DNA of 35,133 nucleotides from Candidatus Dormiibacterota bacterium (GCA_003135255.1 PLAX01000139.1:1-35133); one strand, 5' to 3'; counted from the stretch's first letter, positions 16,099 through 25,049 are shown. Notes: generated from the sequence alone by a model not told the origin. Made by a program: numbers and translations.

Positions 16099-16949
16099 TC
16101 CCAGGCCTTCCCCTCGCTTCCGAAGAGCCGGATGTGGTACTTCGCCATCTCCATGACGGCGGTCCGCTGCGCCGTGAAGATGGCGGGCGGATCGTACACG
16201 CCGGGGTGCGCGCTCATGTACTCGTAGCCGGACTTCATGAAGGCGATCTTCAGAGCGGTCGAGATGTTCACCTTGGCGCAGCCCCGGCCGATCAGATCGC
16301 TGAACTGCTCCGGCGTCATCCCCGTCCCGCCATGGAGGGCGACCGGGATGCCGGTGGCCTCGACGATGTCGGTGACGCGCTGGCTGTCGAGGTGAGGGGT
16401 GGTCGCATAGACGCCGTGGGCGTTGCCGATCGCCGGGGCGAAGACGTCGACCCCGGTGGCGCGTACGAAGTCGACCACCGTCTTCAGCGACTGGACGTGC
16501 TCCGCCTCGTCGCCGGTCATCTCCTCGGTTCGCTTGAAGCCCTCGATCTCGCCCTCGACGTCAGCCCCATGACGGCGCGCCTCATCGACCACCTCGATGC
16601 ACTGGCGCATGTTCTCCTCAACGGACAGCTTGCTCGCGTCGAAGAGGACGGAGTTCCAGCCCATCGCCAGGCATTCGCTGATGAGGGCACGATCGGGGCA
16701 GTGATCGAGATGGAGTGCGACCGGAACCGTGATGTTCTCGGTCATCTCGCGCCACATCGCGTACATGACGCCGACCCCTGTCATCACCACGTGCTTGACC
16801 GAGGTCTGGACGATCACCGGAGCGCGCAGCTCCTCCGCCGCCGCCAGCACCGCCTCCATGGAGAGGTCGTTGACGACGTTGATCGCCGCCACGCCGTACT
16901 TTTCCTGGAAGGCTCGCTGGAGGATGGATTTCGTGGTGACCACAGGCAT
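16095..16949 (-). CDS. class II (metal-dependent) fructose/tagatose/ketose-bisphosphate aldolase family protein, 284 aa
   Basis: ORF 16095..16949. Sequence: YGVAAINVVNDLSMEAVLAAAEELRAPVIVQTS...VALHLDHC...FDAS...VEGEIEGF...FAPAIGNAHGVY...VALHGGTGM...KVNISTAL. GGGGAGGTG lies upstream of the ATG. Confidence 0.88.
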   Translation of the reverse strand: MPVVTTKSILQRAFQEKYGVAAINVVNDLSMEAVLAAAEELRAPVIVQTSVKHVVMTGVGVMYAMWREMTENITVPVALHLDHCPDRALISECLAMGWNSVLFDASKLSVEENMRQCIEVVDEARRHGADVEGEIEGFKRTEEMTGDEAEHVQSLKTVVDFVRATGVDVFAPAIGNAHGVYATTPHLDSQRVTDIVEATGIPVALHGGTGMTPEQFSDLIGRGCAKVNISTALKIAFMKSGYEYMSAHPGVYDPPAIFTAQRTAVMEMAKYHIRLFGSEGKAWE

Positions 16950-16951
16950 AT

Positions 16952-17998
16952 CTACACCTCCCCTTGGGATGGCAGGGGGTCGCCGCCAGCCCGACCCGCC
17001 ATCGCCGGCTCATGGGCTGCGAGGTCAAGAACGGCCCGCGCGTTGCCCTCGTCCACAACCAGGACCCCGATCACCCCAGCACGCAGGATCCCCAGGATCG
17101 CCCGCGGCTTCTCCGGTTCGCTGACCACCGCCACCACCGTCCCCACGCGGCGCAGGTGTTCGACGGTCAGGGCCAGAAGCCGGTCCTGGTGAGGGGAGGC
17201 GACGGGGCGTCCGTCGATGTCGACGTAGTTCCCCAGCACGTCTCCGACCGCCCCCTGGCTCCGCAGCCGTGCGATCTCGTCGGTGGTCAGACAGCCCGAC
17301 CTCACCATCGTGCATCCGTCGTCGGTGCCCCCGATGCCGACCAGGGCCACGCTCGCCTGCGCGGCCCGGTCCAGGCTTTGGGCGATCGCCTCCTGGGCGA
17401 GCAGCTGGTCCCGGATCTCGACGCTCTCCACATAGGCAGGCGCGTACAGGCTCACCGCCTGGCCCCCGCAGCCCGCGGCGAGGGCGCGGCAGATCTCGTT
17501 GGGGTTGGTCGGCGCCGCGACGCCCGGCGAGCCCCCCATCGCGCTGACGAAAGTGACGTCCAGCCGGCTCCCCGGCCGGAAGAAGCGGGGCACCTCGCCG
17601 ACCGCGCGTCCGTGGCTCACCGCCACCACACAGCCGTCATGGAGACGCCGCTCCAGGTACCGCGCGGCGCGCTGGGCGACGGCCTCGCGCTCCGCCAGCG
17701 GGTCGGAGCCCGCCGAGCAGACGATCGCGTCGCTCAGGCCGAAGGTCTCGCGGAGCTGGCTCTCGAGCTCCAGCCGCAGCCACGGGGGGGCCTGGATGTG
17801 GATGGCGACGACCCCGGAGCGGCGCGCACGGTCCAGGAGGCGCTGGACCTTGGGCCGGGAGAGGGCAAACTCGCGGGCGATCTCCTCTTGAGTGCGTTCG
17901 TCCACGTAGTACCGCTGAGCCAGCCGAGCGAGGAGCTCGTACTCGTCCTCGCGCAATTCCTCGCGCAGCTCGTCCCGCACGCTCCCACCGCCCGTCAC
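16952..17998 (-). CDS. SorC/DeoR-type sugar-phosphate-binding transcriptional regulator
   Basis: ORF 16952..17998 (GTG start, exact start uncertain). HTH: LLARLAQRYYVDERTQEEIAREFALSRPKVQRLLDRARRSGVVAIHI. A SorC sugar-binding domain follows: VSHGRAVGEV...FVSAMGGS...VALVGIGG...GAVGDVLGNYVDIDGR. The stop (TAG 16952-16954) lies 2 nt from the aldolase ATG. Confidence 0.85.
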   Translation of the reverse strand: MTGGGSVRDELREELREDEYELLARLAQRYYVDERTQEEIAREFALSRPKVQRLLDRARRSGVVAIHIQAPPWLRLELESQLRETFGLSDAIVCSAGSDPLAEREAVAQRAARYLERRLHDGCVVAVSHGRAVGEVPRFFRPGSRLDVTFVSAMGGSPGVAAPTNPNEICRALAAGCGGQAVSLYAPAYVESVEIRDQLLAQEAIAQSLDRAAQASVALVGIGGTDDGCTMVRSGCLTTDEIARLRSQGAVGDVLGNYVDIDGRPVASPHQDRLLALTVEHLRRVGTVVAVVSEPEKPRAILGILRAGVIGVLVVDEGNARAVLDLAAHEPAMAGRAGGDPLPSQGEV

Positions 17999-18034
17999 TC
18001 ACGCAGCCATGAGCAAATGCTCACCGATGCACAG

Positions 18035-18063
18035 ATTATCGGCTCAGGGACGTCCAGATGCAA
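18035..18063 (-). promoter_or_regulatory. candidate sigma-70-type promoter for the sorC-aldolase-HAD-dhaLK operon
   Basis: On the minus strand: TTGCAT (complement of 18058-18063), a 17-nt spacer, then GATAAT (complement of 18035-18040), about 35 nt upstream of the sorC start. The -35 is weak. Confidence 0.3.
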
Positions 18064-18117
18064 GACGCTCGCGCGTGGCTCCGCGTCAAGAGGAGGCCGA
18101 GCTCAGGTCCAGGCGAG

Positions 18118-18147
18118 GACGCGGGCGATCCGAGCGCCCCGCGCGTC
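18118..18147 (-). terminator. imperfect GC-rich hairpin 5 nt downstream of glpK copy 1 (terminator or attenuator candidate)
   Basis: Plus strand: gacgcgggcg (18118-18127), loop atccgag, then cgccccgcgcgtc (18135-18147). The stem is bulged and there is no U-tract. Confidence 0.25.
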
Positions 18148-18152
18148 AAGCC

Positions 18153-19649
18153 TCATTCGTCGTCGTCGTCCACCCACTCGAGGGTGCGCGCGACCGCCTT
18201 CTTCCATTTCCGGAAGCGCCGCTCCCGGGTCTCGGGGTCGAGCCTGGGCAGCCATTCGGCGGCCTTGTGCCAGTTGGCGCGGAGACTCTCCACGTTCGGC
18301 CAGAAGCCCACGGCGAGACCGGCGGCGTAGGCGGCGCCCAGGGACACCGTCTCTGCCACGATCGGCCGGACGACCGGCACGCCGAGGTTGTCGGCGAGGA
18401 GCTGCATCATCAGGTTGTCGGCGGTCATCCCGCCGTCGGCCTTCAGCACCCGGAGCACGGTCCCTGCGTCGCTGTTCATGGCGTCGATGACCTCACGGGT
18501 CTGCCACGCCGTCGCCTCCAGCACCGCCCGGGCCAGGTGCCCCTTGGTGGTGTAACCGGTGAGGCCGGCGATCACGCCACGCGCGTCAGAGCGCCAGTGT
18601 GGCGCAAAGAGGCCGGAGAAAGCCGGCACCACGTAGACGCCACCGCTGTCCTCCACGGTCCGCGCGAGGGTCTCGATCTCGGCGGCGCTGGAGATCAGGC
18701 CCAGCTTGTCGCGCAGCCACTGCACCAGAGCTCCGGTGACCGCGATGGAGCCCTCGAGCGCGTACGTCGGCGGCTCGCCAGCGATCCGGCATCCCACGGT
18801 TGTGAGCAGCCCGTGGGTGGACTCGACCAACCGGTCGCCGGTGTTGAGGAGCAGGAAGCTCCCAGTGCCGTAGGTGCACTTGGCCTCTCCGGCTGCGAAG
18901 CAGGTCTGGCCGAAGAGCGCCGCCTGCTGGTCCCCCAGAGCGGCGGCGACCGGGAGCCCGCGGAGCGGTGCGCCGGCCTCACCGTACGGCTCCGAGGAGG
19001 CATGGATCTCCGGCAGCATCGCCCGGGGCACCTTCATCGCTTCGAGGAGCTCGTCGTCCCAGTCCAGCGATCTGAGGTCCATGAGCATGGTCCGGCTGGC
19101 GTTGGTGACGTCGGTCACGTGGCGGCCGGTCAGCTTCCAGATCAGCCAGGTGTCCATGGTCCCGAAGAGCACGGTGCCCCTCTCGGCGCCGTCCCGAGCC
19201 CCCTCCACGTGGTCGAGGATCCACTGGATCTTCGGCCCCGAGAAGTAGGTCGTGAGGGGAAGCCCGGTCTTGGCCCGGAAGCGGTCCTTCCCCCCTTCAG
19301 CGGCGAGGCGGTTGACGATCTTGTCGGTGCGGGTGTCCTGCCAGCTGATCGCGTTGTAGATCGGCCGGCCGCTGTCGCGGTCCCACACCACAGTGGTCTC
19401 CCGCTGGTTGGCGATCCCCAGGGCAACCAGGTCGGCGAGCTTGAGCTCGGCCTTCTCCAGGGCATCCGGCACCACCTGGAGCACGTTGCCGAGGATCTCC
19501 TCCGCATCCTGCTCCACCCATCCGGGCCGGGGGAAGAGCTGCCGGTGCTCCTTCTGAGCCACCGACACCAGGCGACCCCGCCGGTCGAACAGCATGCAGC
19601 GCGACGACGCGCTCCCCTGGTCGATGGATGCCACGTAGGCGCCCGTCAC
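18153..19649 (-). CDS. glpK: glycerol kinase (copy 1)
   Basis: ORF 18153..19649. The GTG start has GGGAGG 7 nt upstream. Sequence: [18 protein letters not shown]...[10 protein letters not shown]...[13 protein letters not shown]...[10 protein letters not shown]...[12 protein letters not shown]...[10 protein letters not shown]...[11 protein letters not shown]...[16 protein letters not shown]...[12 protein letters not shown]. Confidence 0.95.
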   Translation of the reverse strand: MTGAYVASIDQGSASSRCMLFDRRGRLVSVAQKEHRQLFPRPGWVEQDAEEILGNVLQVVPDALEKAELKLADLVALGIANQRETTVVWDRDSGRPIYNAISWQDTRTDKIVNRLAAEGGKDRFRAKTGLPLTTYFSGPKIQWILDHVEGARDGAERGTVLFGTMDTWLIWKLTGRHVTDVTNASRTMLMDLRSLDWDDELLEAMKVPRAMLPEIHASSEPYGEAGAPLRGLPVAAALGDQQAALFGQTCFAAGEAKCTYGTGSFLLLNTGDRLVESTHGLLTTVGCRIAGEPPTYALEGSIAVTGALVQWLRDKLGLISSAAEIETLARTVEDSGGVYVVPAFSGLFAPHWRSDARGVIAGLTGYTTKGHLARAVLEATAWQTREVIDAMNSDAGTVLRVLKADGGMTADNLMMQLLADNLGVPVVRPIVAETVSLGAAYAAGLAVGFWPNVESLRANWHKAAEWLPRLDPETRERRFRKWKKAVARTLEWVDDDDE

Positions 19650-19747
19650 CTGGCCACCTCCCTTCCGCCCTCGCCCCCCGGGGACGAAAGCGGCGGAGCC
19701 ATGGCGGAAGCTGTCACACCGGCCCGTTCAGCGCCACGATGAGTTCC

Positions 19748-19776
19748 AGTCTCCCGGGCGGTCGATGCGCTGTCAA
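19748..19776 (-). promoter_or_regulatory. candidate promoter for glpK copy 1
   Basis: On the minus strand: TTGACA (complement of 19771-19776), a 17-nt spacer, then GAGACT (complement of 19748-19753). The -35 is perfect and the -10 is poor. Confidence 0.25.
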
Positions 19777-19812
19777 GCTCCCGGGCCGGTGCCCGCGGCG
19801 CGCGCCGCCCGG

Positions 19813-20577
19813 CTACCACGGGATCGCCCCCAGGTCGCGGGAGATCGCCCGCGCCGACTCGCGCACGTACGCGACCAGATCGCTGCGAGGAAGCTCCGAT
19901 TCGCACAGCCGTTCGATCGGCCCCGAGATGGCGATGGAACCGACGGTGCGCTCGCTGCGGTCGGTGATCGGAGCGGCGACCGAGCCCTCGCCGTCGACCA
20001 GCTCCCCGATGTCGGCAGCCCAGCCGCGCCTCTTGACCTCCTTGAGCGCGACGGTCAGCTGTTTGACGTCGGTGATCGTGCGGGCGGTGAAGCGCGTCAG
20101 CTCTTCCCCGTCCAGCTCGGAGAGCACGTAGGGGCTGGCAGCGAGCAACGCCTTGCCCAGCGCGGTCGCGTGGAGGGGCAGCAGCGAGCCCACCTGCAGC
20201 ACCTGGTAGCTGTCATCGGGGCGGAAGACGTGGTGAACCACCAGTACCCGGCCGTCGTGAAGGGTGCCGATCCGCACCGTCTCGTTGCTGCGAGCGGCCA
20301 GCGAGTCCGCCCAGTTGAGCGCCCGCGAGCGCAGCTCGTTGCCGTCCAGGTACGTGCTGCCGAGGTGGAGCAGCGCCGCTCCGAGCTGGTACTTCGCCGA
20401 GTCCGGGTCCTTCTCCACGAATCCGACCTGTTGGAGGGTGCGCAGGATCCCGAAGACCGTCCCCTTGGGCAGGCCCATCTGTGCCGACAGCTCCACCAGG
20501 CTGAGGCGGCGAGCCCGCCCGGACAGCAGGTGCATCACCTGGGCGGCACGTTGAATCGATTGAATCGGCCGCGGCAT
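19813..20577 (-). CDS. gylR: IclR-family transcriptional regulator, GylR-like (glycerol operon regulator)
   Basis: ORF 19813..20577. Sequence: IQSIQRAAQVMHLLSGRARRLSLVELSAQMGLPKGTVFGILRTLQQVGFVEKD...LPLHATALGKALLA...GWAADIGELVDGEGSVAAPI. It is divergent from glpF, as in the Streptomyces gyl locus. Confidence 0.8.
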   Translation of the reverse strand: MPRPIQSIQRAAQVMHLLSGRARRLSLVELSAQMGLPKGTVFGILRTLQQVGFVEKDPDSAKYQLGAALLHLGSTYLDGNELRSRALNWADSLAARSNETVRIGTLHDGRVLVVHHVFRPDDSYQVLQVGSLLPLHATALGKALLAASPYVLSELDGEELTRFTARTITDVKQLTVALKEVKRRGWAADIGELVDGEGSVAAPITDRSERTVGSIAISGPIERLCESELPRSDLVAYVRESARAISRDLGAIPW

Positions 20578-20601
20578 CTGGGTACCCTACCTGATCGGTG
20601 G

Positions 20602-20630
20602 GGCATTCTGAAGAGTGGGTTGACAATGCC
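20602..20630. promoter_or_regulatory. inverted repeat GGCATT-N17-AATGCC flanked by two GGTACC sites (candidate GylR operator overlapping the glpF -35)
   Basis: GGCATT at 20602-20607 and AATGCC at 20625-20630. GGTACC at 20581-20586 and 20635-20640. CCCTAC is repeated at 20585-20590 and 20629-20634. Confidence 0.35.
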
Positions 20631-20647
20631 CTACGGTACCGGATAAT
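20620..20647 (+). promoter_or_regulatory. near-consensus sigma-70/HrdB-type promoter for the glpF operon
   Basis: TTGACA (20620-20625), a 16-nt spacer, then GATAAT (20642-20647). It is oriented toward glpF, whose ATG is at 20819 with GGAGG 7 nt upstream. Confidence 0.55.
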
Positions 20648-20818
20648 GACCAACGCGTCTAGGGCCGGCCGAACCCCAACCGCCCCCAAGGGGAGGGGCG
20701 GAGGTTCAGGAAGGGAGGAGCTGACGCATGAGGGCTGTGGCGTGCGACGGGCGCGAGGGTGCCGCCCGGTTTCCACAGGTGAACCAAGTTATCGCTTGGA
20801 CCAATTGGAGGGTTTGGC

Positions 20819-21802
20819 ATGGCTGACGAGTACCAACCGATACACGGCGCAGGCCGGCAGACATTCGGTCTGCACGGCCTCTGGGGCGAGTTATCGGCGG
20901 AGTTCCTGGGGACGATGACCCTGATCATGTTCGGTGACGGGGTCGTCGCCATGGCGGTCGCCGCCCTCCCCGGGTCGGGCAGGGCCGCCACGCCCACCAC
21001 CATCTTCATGGCCAGCGGCGACTGGCTGCTGATCACCTTCGGATGGGCGTTCGCCGTCATGTTCGGCGTCTACGTCGCGGGCGGCATCAGCGGGGCCCAC
21101 CTCAACCCGGCGGTGACCCTGGCCCTGGCGCTCCGGCGCCGCTTCCCCTGGAGGAGCGTGCTCCCCTACTGGATCGCCCAGGTGGTGGCAGCATTCGTCG
21201 GCGCAGCGATGGTCATGTGGGTCTACCACGACGCCATCGCCGCCTACAACACCGCCGCACACCTGGTCCCCTCGGCGGGCAACGCGCTGGCCACCTACTC
21301 CATCTTCGCCACCTTCCCCGCCGCCTACTTCCACGGGAGCATCGGGGGACCGTTCCTCGATGAGGCGGTGGGCACCGCACTGCTGATAATCGGCATCTTT
21401 GCGGTGACCGACGCACGCAACACGGCACCGACCAGCAACCTCGGGCCGCTCATCGTCGGCTTCGTGATCTTCGCGATCGGCACCTCGTTCGGAGCCAACA
21501 CCGGGTACGCGATCAACCCCGCCCGTGACTTCGGGCCGCGCCTCTTCGCGTTCGTCGCAGGCTACGGTCAGGTTGCCCTGCCCGGGACGTTCAACAACGG
21601 CAAGGGCTTCTCGTTCAGCGACTACTTCTGGATTCCGATCATCGGTCCTCTCGTCGGCGGTTGCGTCGGGGCCATCGTCTACGACTTCTTCATCGGCGAC
21701 GTGCTCCACTCACGCAAGTCGCGGACCGGTGCGGCCGACGCGGTGCCGGAGGAGATCGGCCGTTCCGAGCCCAACATCCGGCCCGACAGGCCGATGGCGT
21801 AG
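20819..21802 (+). CDS. glpF: MIP-family aquaglyceroporin / glycerol uptake facilitator
   Basis: ORF 20819..21802. Two NPA boxes are present (HLNPAVTLALA and INPARDFGPRL), with multiple hydrophobic helices. There is a charged C-terminal extension of about 40 aa. Confidence 0.92.
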   Translation: MADEYQPIHGAGRQTFGLHGLWGELSAEFLGTMTLIMFGDGVVAMAVAALPGSGRAATPTTIFMASGDWLLITFGWAFAVMFGVYVAGGISGAHLNPAVTLALALRRRFPWRSVLPYWIAQVVAAFVGAAMVMWVYHDAIAAYNTAAHLVPSAGNALATYSIFATFPAAYFHGSIGGPFLDEAVGTALLIIGIFAVTDARNTAPTSNLGPLIVGFVIFAIGTSFGANTGYAINPARDFGPRLFAFVAGYGQVALPGTFNNGKGFSFSDYFWIPIIGPLVGGCVGAIVYDFFIGDVLHSRKSRTGAADAVPEEIGRSEPNIRPDRPMA

Positions 21803-21814
21803 CAGGCAACGACC

Positions 21815-22816
21815 ATGAAGAAGCTGATCAATCGCGTCGAGGACGTTGTCAAAGAGGAGCTGGAAGGCATCGTCGCCGCTCATTCCGACCTCGTGCGGGT
21901 GCACTTCGCGCCCAACTACGTGGTTCGGGCCGACGCTCCGGTCAGCGGCAAGACGGCGCTCGTCTCCGGCGGAGGCTCGGGGCACGAGCCGATGCACGGA
22001 GGCTTCGTGGGGATGGGCATGCTGGATGCGGCCTGCCCGGGTGAGGTCTTCACCTCGCCGACTCCCGACCAGATCCTGGAGGCCACCAAGGCGGTCAGCG
22101 GCGGCGCCGGGGTGCTCCACATCGTCAAGAACTACACCGGTGACATCCTCAACTTCGAGATGGCCGCGGACCTCGCCAAGGCCGACGACATCGAGGTGGA
22201 GGCGGTGGTCATCAACGACGACGTGGCGGTTCAGGACAGCCTGTACACCGCCGGGCGGCGAGGGGTCGGCACCACGGTGCTCGCGGAGAAGATCTGCGGA
22301 GCCGCGGCGGAGGCCCATGGGTCGCTCAAGGACGTCGCCGAGCTGTGCCGTCGGGTCAACGCGAACGGGCGGAGCATGGGCATGGCCCTGACCTCCTGCA
22401 CCGTGCCCGCGGCCGGCAAGCCGACCTTCGACCTGGGCGAGCAGGAGATGGAGATCGGGATCGGCATCCACGGTGAGCCGGGTCGCGAGCGCCGCGCGCT
22501 GGCGAGCGCCGACGAGGTCGTGGAGATGCTGACCCGCCCGATCGTCGAGGACCTGCCTTTCAAGCGGGGCGATTCGGTTCTGGCGTTCGTCAACAGCATG
22601 GGCGGCACTCCGCTCATCGAGCTCTACATCGTCTATCGAGCGCTCTCGCGCTACCTGGACGGCGTGGGCGTGAAGATCGGGCGCAAGCTGATCGGCCCCT
22701 ACATCACCTCACTTGAGATGGCGGGCTGTTCCATCACCCTGCTCCGTCTCGACGACGAGATGACCAGGCTGTGGGACGCACCCGTCAACACCCCAGGGCT
22801 GCGCTGGGGAGTCTGA
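21815..22816 (+). CDS. dhaK: dihydroxyacetone kinase subunit DhaK (canonical, PTS-dependent type; copy 2)
   Basis: ORF 21815..22816. Sequence: [19 protein letters not shown]...[38 protein letters not shown]...[13 protein letters not shown]...[16 protein letters not shown]...GIGIHGEPG...[28 protein letters not shown]. It is very close in motif content to E. coli DhaK. Confidence 0.93.
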   Translation: MKKLINRVEDVVKEELEGIVAAHSDLVRVHFAPNYVVRADAPVSGKTALVSGGGSGHEPMHGGFVGMGMLDAACPGEVFTSPTPDQILEATKAVSGGAGVLHIVKNYTGDILNFEMAADLAKADDIEVEAVVINDDVAVQDSLYTAGRRGVGTTVLAEKICGAAAEAHGSLKDVAELCRRVNANGRSMGMALTSCTVPAAGKPTFDLGEQEMEIGIGIHGEPGRERRALASADEVVEMLTRPIVEDLPFKRGDSVLAFVNSMGGTPLIELYIVYRALSRYLDGVGVKIGRKLIGPYITSLEMAGCSITLLRLDDEMTRLWDAPVNTPGLRWGV

Positions 22817-22849
22817 GCAGCAGAAGAGATCGGTTAGAGGGCAGCGGCG

Positions 22850-23488
22850 ATGGCCATCACGTATGAGCAGGGACTTGCTTTCGTGCAAGGCTTCGCCGCT
22901 GCCATAGCCGAGAACAAGGAGTACCTCACCCAGTTGGACTCCGAGATCGGCGACGCCGACCACGGGACCAACATGAACCGGGGCATGCAGGCGGTGCTGC
23001 CCAAGGTCGGCTCCCTGGAGGGGGCCGACCTGTCGCAGCTCTTCAAGACGACCGCGATGACGCTGATCTCGACCGTGGGCGGAGCCAGTGGGCCTCTCTA
23101 CGGCACCCTCTTCTTGGGGCTGGGCACTGCCGTCACGGGCAAGACCGCGCTATCGACAGAGGACTGGAGCCAGGCCCTCGATGCCGCCGTTCAGGCGGTG
23201 CGGGCGCGGGGCAAGGCCGAGCCCGGGGACAAGACCATGATCGACGCCCTGCAACCGGCCGCCGACTCGCTGCGCGAGGCGGCGCAGGATGGCGCCACGC
23301 TCGAGGCGGCGCTCGCCGCTTGCGAGCAGGCGGCCGAGCAGGGCATGCAGGCCACCATCCCGCTGGTGGCGCGCAAGGGCCGGGCGAGCTACCTGGGAGA
23401 GCGCAGCGCCGGGCATCAGGACCCGGGGGCTACATCGTCCTGGCTGCTGGTCCGGGCAGCCCGACAGGCAATCACGGCTGAAACGTGA
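22850..23488 (+). CDS. dhaL: dihydroxyacetone kinase subunit DhaL (canonical; copy 2)
   Basis: ORF 22850..23488. Sequence: YLTQLDSEIGDADHGTNMNRG...STVGGASGPLYGTLFL...RGKAEPGDKTMIDALQPA...ARKGRASYLGERSAGHQDPGATS. It matches E. coli DhaL block by block. Confidence 0.93.
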   Translation: MAITYEQGLAFVQGFAAAIAENKEYLTQLDSEIGDADHGTNMNRGMQAVLPKVGSLEGADLSQLFKTTAMTLISTVGGASGPLYGTLFLGLGTAVTGKTALSTEDWSQALDAAVQAVRARGKAEPGDKTMIDALQPAADSLREAAQDGATLEAALAACEQAAEQGMQATIPLVARKGRASYLGERSAGHQDPGATSSWLLVRAARQAITAET

Positions 23489-23509
23489 GCTGGGAGTAAG
23501 GAGAACGAT

Positions 23510-25006
23510 ATGGCTGAATACGTAGGGGCGCTGGACCAGGGAACAACCAGCACCCGTTTCATGATCTTCGACCACTCCGGGGGGGTGGTCGGCATCGACC
23601 AGAAAGAACACGAGCAGATCTACCCCAAGCCGGGCTGGGTCGAGCACGACGCCCTGGAGATCTGGACGCGCTGCCAGGAAGTGATCAAGGGCGCACTGCA
23701 GAAGACCGGCCTCAAGGCCTCCGATCTGGCGGCGGTGGGCATCACCAACCAGCGCGAGACCGCCGTGGTCTGGGACAAGACCACCGGCAAGCCGGTGCAC
23801 AACGCCATCGTCTGGCAGGACACCCGCACCGACACCATCTGCAACGAGCTGGCCAAGGACGGCGGTCAGGATCGCTTCCGGGCCAAGGTCGGCCTGCCCC
23901 TGGCCACCTACTTCTCCGGCCCCAAGGTCAAGTGGCTGCTGGAGAACGTCGAAGGGCTGCGTGCCAAGGCCGAGGCCGGTGACCTGGCTTTCGGCAACAT
24001 CGACACCTGGTGCCTCTGGAACCTCACCGGCGGGGTCGACGGCGGTCTCCACATCACCGACGTGACCAACGCCAGCCGCACCATGCTGATGAACCTGGAG
24101 ACCCTGGACTGGGATCCGGAGATCCTCAAGATCATGGGCATCCCCAAGGCGATGCTCCCCCAGATCCGTCCCTCCAGCGAGGTCTACGGCAAGTGCGTCG
24201 GCGACCTGGCCGGCATCCCCATCGCAGGCGACCTGGGCGACCAGCAGGCGGCCATCTTCGGCCAGACCTGCTACTCGGTCGGCGAGGCCAAGAACACCTA
24301 CGGCACCGGCAACTTCATGCTCCTCAACACGGGCACGGAGCCGGTCCAGTCCAAGAACGGCCTGCTGACCACCCTCGGGTACAAGATCGGCTCGCAGCCC
24401 GCGGTGTACTGCCTCGAGGGCTCGATCGCGATCACCGGCGCCCTGGTGCAGTGGCTCCGCGACAACCTGGGGATGATCAGCACCTCGGCTGACATCGAGA
24501 CCCTGGCCAAGACCGTCGAGGACAACGGTGGCGCCTACTTCGTGCCCGCCTTCTCGGGGCTCTTCGCCCCCTACTGGAAGAGCGACGCACGCGGCGTCAT
24601 CGCCGGCCTCACCCGCTACGTCACCAAGGGGCACATCGCCCGCGCGGTGCTGGAGGCGACCGCCTGGCAGACCCGCGAGGTTCTGGATGCCATGAACGCC
24701 GACTCCGGCGTGGCCCTCACCGCGCTCAAGGTCGACGGCGGGATGGTCTACAACGAGCTGCTCATGCAGTTCCAGGCGGACGTGCTGGGCGTCCCGGTCA
24801 TCCGGCCCAAGGTGGCCGAGACCACGGCCCTCGGCGCCGCCTACGCCGCTGGGCTGGCTGTGGGCTTCTGGAAAGAGGTGGAGGAGCTCCGCAAGAACTG
24901 GCAGGTGGATCGCACCTGGGAGCCCAAGATGGACCCCACGGAGAGGGAGAAGGAGTACAAGCTCTGGAAGAAGGCCGTCACCCGCACCTTCGACTGGGTC
25001 GAGTGA
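23510..25006 (+). CDS. glpK: glycerol kinase (copy 2)
   Basis: ORF 23510..25006. AAGGAGA lies 6 nt upstream. Sequence: [18 protein letters not shown]...[11 protein letters not shown]...[13 protein letters not shown]...[10 protein letters not shown]...[12 protein letters not shown]...[10 protein letters not shown]...[11 protein letters not shown]...[16 protein letters not shown]...[12 protein letters not shown]. By eye it is roughly two-thirds identical to copy 1. Confidence 0.95.
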   Translation: MAEYVGALDQGTTSTRFMIFDHSGGVVGIDQKEHEQIYPKPGWVEHDALEIWTRCQEVIKGALQKTGLKASDLAAVGITNQRETAVVWDKTTGKPVHNAIVWQDTRTDTICNELAKDGGQDRFRAKVGLPLATYFSGPKVKWLLENVEGLRAKAEAGDLAFGNIDTWCLWNLTGGVDGGLHITDVTNASRTMLMNLETLDWDPEILKIMGIPKAMLPQIRPSSEVYGKCVGDLAGIPIAGDLGDQQAAIFGQTCYSVGEAKNTYGTGNFMLLNTGTEPVQSKNGLLTTLGYKIGSQPAVYCLEGSIAITGALVQWLRDNLGMISTSADIETLAKTVEDNGGAYFVPAFSGLFAPYWKSDARGVIAGLTRYVTKGHIARAVLEATAWQTREVLDAMNADSGVALTALKVDGGMVYNELLMQFQADVLGVPVIRPKVAETTALGAAYAAGLAVGFWKEVEELRKNWQVDRTWEPKMDPTEREKEYKLWKKAVTRTFDWVE

Positions 25007-25025
25007 CCGGCAATCAAGCAAGCAG

Positions 25026-25047
25026 ACTGAACTGAACTGAACTGAAC
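25026..25047 (+). repeat. pentanucleotide microsatellite (ACTGA)x4.4 ending 3 nt upstream of the glpA ATG
   Basis: Read directly: actga actga actga actga ac, then cc ATG ACT GAA. The motif recurs as the first codons of glpA. It is preceded by (CAAG)x2. Confidence 0.9.
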
Positions 25048-25049
25048 CC

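Noticed and set aside
18009-19742. 577-aa ORF antisense to glpK copy 1, which resembles the 677-aa ORF (23150..25183) antisense to glpK copy 2
   Set aside because: The two antisense products resemble each other only because they mirror two homologous sense genes. Both sense frames encode complete, motif-perfect glycerol kinases. The antisense frames lack start context and have non-protein-like composition.
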